Part shown: positions 62,694 through 64,000 of the stretch, piece by piece
Layout of the letters: the number at the start of each line of letters is the position of its first letter
How positions within the stretch are numbered: position 1 is the first letter of the stretch
Origin: an uncultured Chloroflexia bacterium
Lineage (GTDB): Bacteria; Chloroflexota; Limnocylindria; Limnocylindrales; CSP1-4
NCBI GenBank assembly: GCA_963748625.1
Contig: CAVVJT010000007.1
Location: 416,001 to 480,000, forward strand
Direction: 5' to 3'
Length of the DNA: 64,000 bases
The notes under the pieces: model-generated
The model's input: only the letters and a program-made list of their open reading frames with translations
The model's database searches: none
Told to the model about the DNA's origin: nothing
Program-made: the position numbers and the translations under genes

Positions 62694-64000
62694 TCGTCGC
62701 CCATCCTGAGGATCGCGAGGAAGGCCTCCTGCGGGATCTCCACGGAGCCAACGCGCTTCATCCGCGCCTTGCCCTCTTTCTGCTTCTCCAGCAGCTTGCG
62801 CTTGCGGCTGATGTCGCCACCGTAGCACTTCGCGAGGACGTTCTTCCGCATCGCCGAGATCGTCTCCCGGGCGACCACGTGGCTGCCGATGGCCGCCTGG
62901 ATCGGGACCTCGAACATCTGGCGCGGAATGAGCTTGCGCAGCTGGGCGACGAGCGCGCGGCCGGTGGCCTGGGCGCGGTCGCGGTGGACGATGAGCGAGA
63001 GCGCATCCACGGGCTCGGCGGCGACGAGCACATCGAGCTTGACGAGGTTGGCCTCGCGGTAGCCGGCCTCCTCGTACTCCATCGACGCGTAGCCCTGCGT
63101 GCGGCTCTTGAGCTGGTCGTAGTAGTCCACGATGAGCTCGCCCAACGGCAGCTCGAAGTGCATGTGCACCCGCTGCGGGTCCAGGTACTCCATCGTGAGG
63201 AAGACGCCGCGGCGGTTGGTGGTGAGCTCCATGAGCGTGCCGATGTAGCGGTCCGGCGTCACCACGCCCAGGTTCACCCAGGGCTCCTCGATCGTCTCGA
63301 TCTCGCCCACATCGGGGAAGCGGGCCGGGTTGTCCACGATCACCTTGCCGCGGTTCATCGTCAGGTTGACGTGGTACTCCACCGACGGCGCCGACGCGAT
63401 CAGGTCGAGGTCGAACTCGCGCTCAAGGCGCTCCTGGACGATCTCCATGTGCAGCAGGCCCAGGAAGCCGCAGCGGAAGCCGAAGCCGAGCGCGACCGAC
63501 GACTCGGGCTCGAAGGTGAAGGACGCGTCATTGAGGTGGAGCTTCTCCAGGGCGTCACGCAGCATCGGATAGTCCGGGCCGCTGACCGGGTAGAGCCCCG
63601 CGAACACGAGGCTCTTGGCCTCCTGGAAGCCCGGGAGAGGTTCGGCCGCCGGCATGGCCACGAGGGTGACGGTGTCGCCCACCTGCGCCTCGCGGACGTT
63701 CTTGAACCCGGTGGCGATGTAGCCGACCTCGCCCGCGACGAGGCGCTTGACCGGGACGAGCTGCGGGCGGAAGACGCCCAGCTCCAGGAGCTCCGCTTCG
63801 GCGCCGCTGGCCATGAGCCGGATCGCATCGTGGTCGTTGAGCGTGCCGGCGGCCAGGCGCACGTAGCAGAGGACACCCTTGTAGGCATCGTAGTGGCTGT
63901 CGAAGACGAGGCCCTGGAGCGGCGCCTTCGGGTCGCCCTTGGGCGGCGGGACCCGGGCCACGATGGCCTCGAGGATCTCGGGGACACCACGCCCTTCCTT
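62690..64000 (-). CDS. lepA: Elongation factor 4 (5' part outside window)
   Basis: [70 protein letters not shown]. Confidence 0.98.
   Translation of the reverse strand, partial: KEGRGVPEILEAIVARVPPPKGDPKAPLQGLVFDSHYDAYKGVLCYVRLAAGTLNDHDAIRLMASGAEAELLELGVFRPQLVPVKRLVAGEVGYIATGFKNVREAQVGDTVTLVAMPAAEPLPGFQEAKSLVFAGLYPVSGPDYPMLRDALEKLHLNDASFTFEPESSVALGFGFRCGFLGLLHMEIVQERLEREFDLDLIASAPSVEYHVNLTMNRGKVIVDNPARFPDVGEIETIEEPWVNLGVVTPDRYIGTLMELTTNRRGVFLTMEYLDPQRVHMHFELPLGELIVDYYDQLKSRTQGYASMEYEEAGYREANLVKLDVLVAAEPVDALSLIVHRDRAQATGRALVAQLRKLIPRQMFEVPIQAAIGSHVVARETISAMRKNVLAKCYGGDISRKRKLLEKQKEGKARMKRVGSVEIPQEAFLAILRMGDE

Noticed and set aside
1-64000. Mass pseudogenisation or programmed frameshifting (A2M, hsdR/M/S, phoX, menA/C/E, ptsI, hemW, MFS, ABC permease)
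   Set aside because: The indels hit conserved housekeeping genes with otherwise intact motifs and are often compensating. Long-read consensus error is the simpler explanation.

Overview
A very GC-rich bacterial chromosome segment. Gene style and order suggest Chloroflexota, possibly Limnocylindria-like, but this is an inference. Many single-base indels split genes and look like long-read consensus errors. The backbone is the conserved minus-strand string lepA-hemW-hrcA-grpE-dnaK-dnaJ-prmA-mtaB-HIT-rpsU-yqeY-7TM/HD phosphodiesterase. It is interrupted by accessory blocks: a CPBP protease, an orphan PTS enzyme I, a Ktr/Trk K+ uptake pair, a TetR-led classical menaquinone operon (menF-D-H-B-A-C-E[+hydrolase]-G), MFS and ABC-2 exporters, two PIN toxin-antitoxin pairs, phoX with a Pho-box-like array, and a ~12 kb defence island (about 9.0-20.9 kb). 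The island holds a type I restriction-modification system. Between hsdS and hsdR sit an AbiEi-like gene and a DUF3800 gene, followed by a convergent two-hairpin putative small RNA. Upstream of hsdM is an uncharacterised wHTH / wHTH-PLD-like / uracil-DNA-glycosylase-like module. These two modules are the best candidates for an undescribed system. No tRNA, rRNA, CRISPR array, integrase or transposase was recognised.
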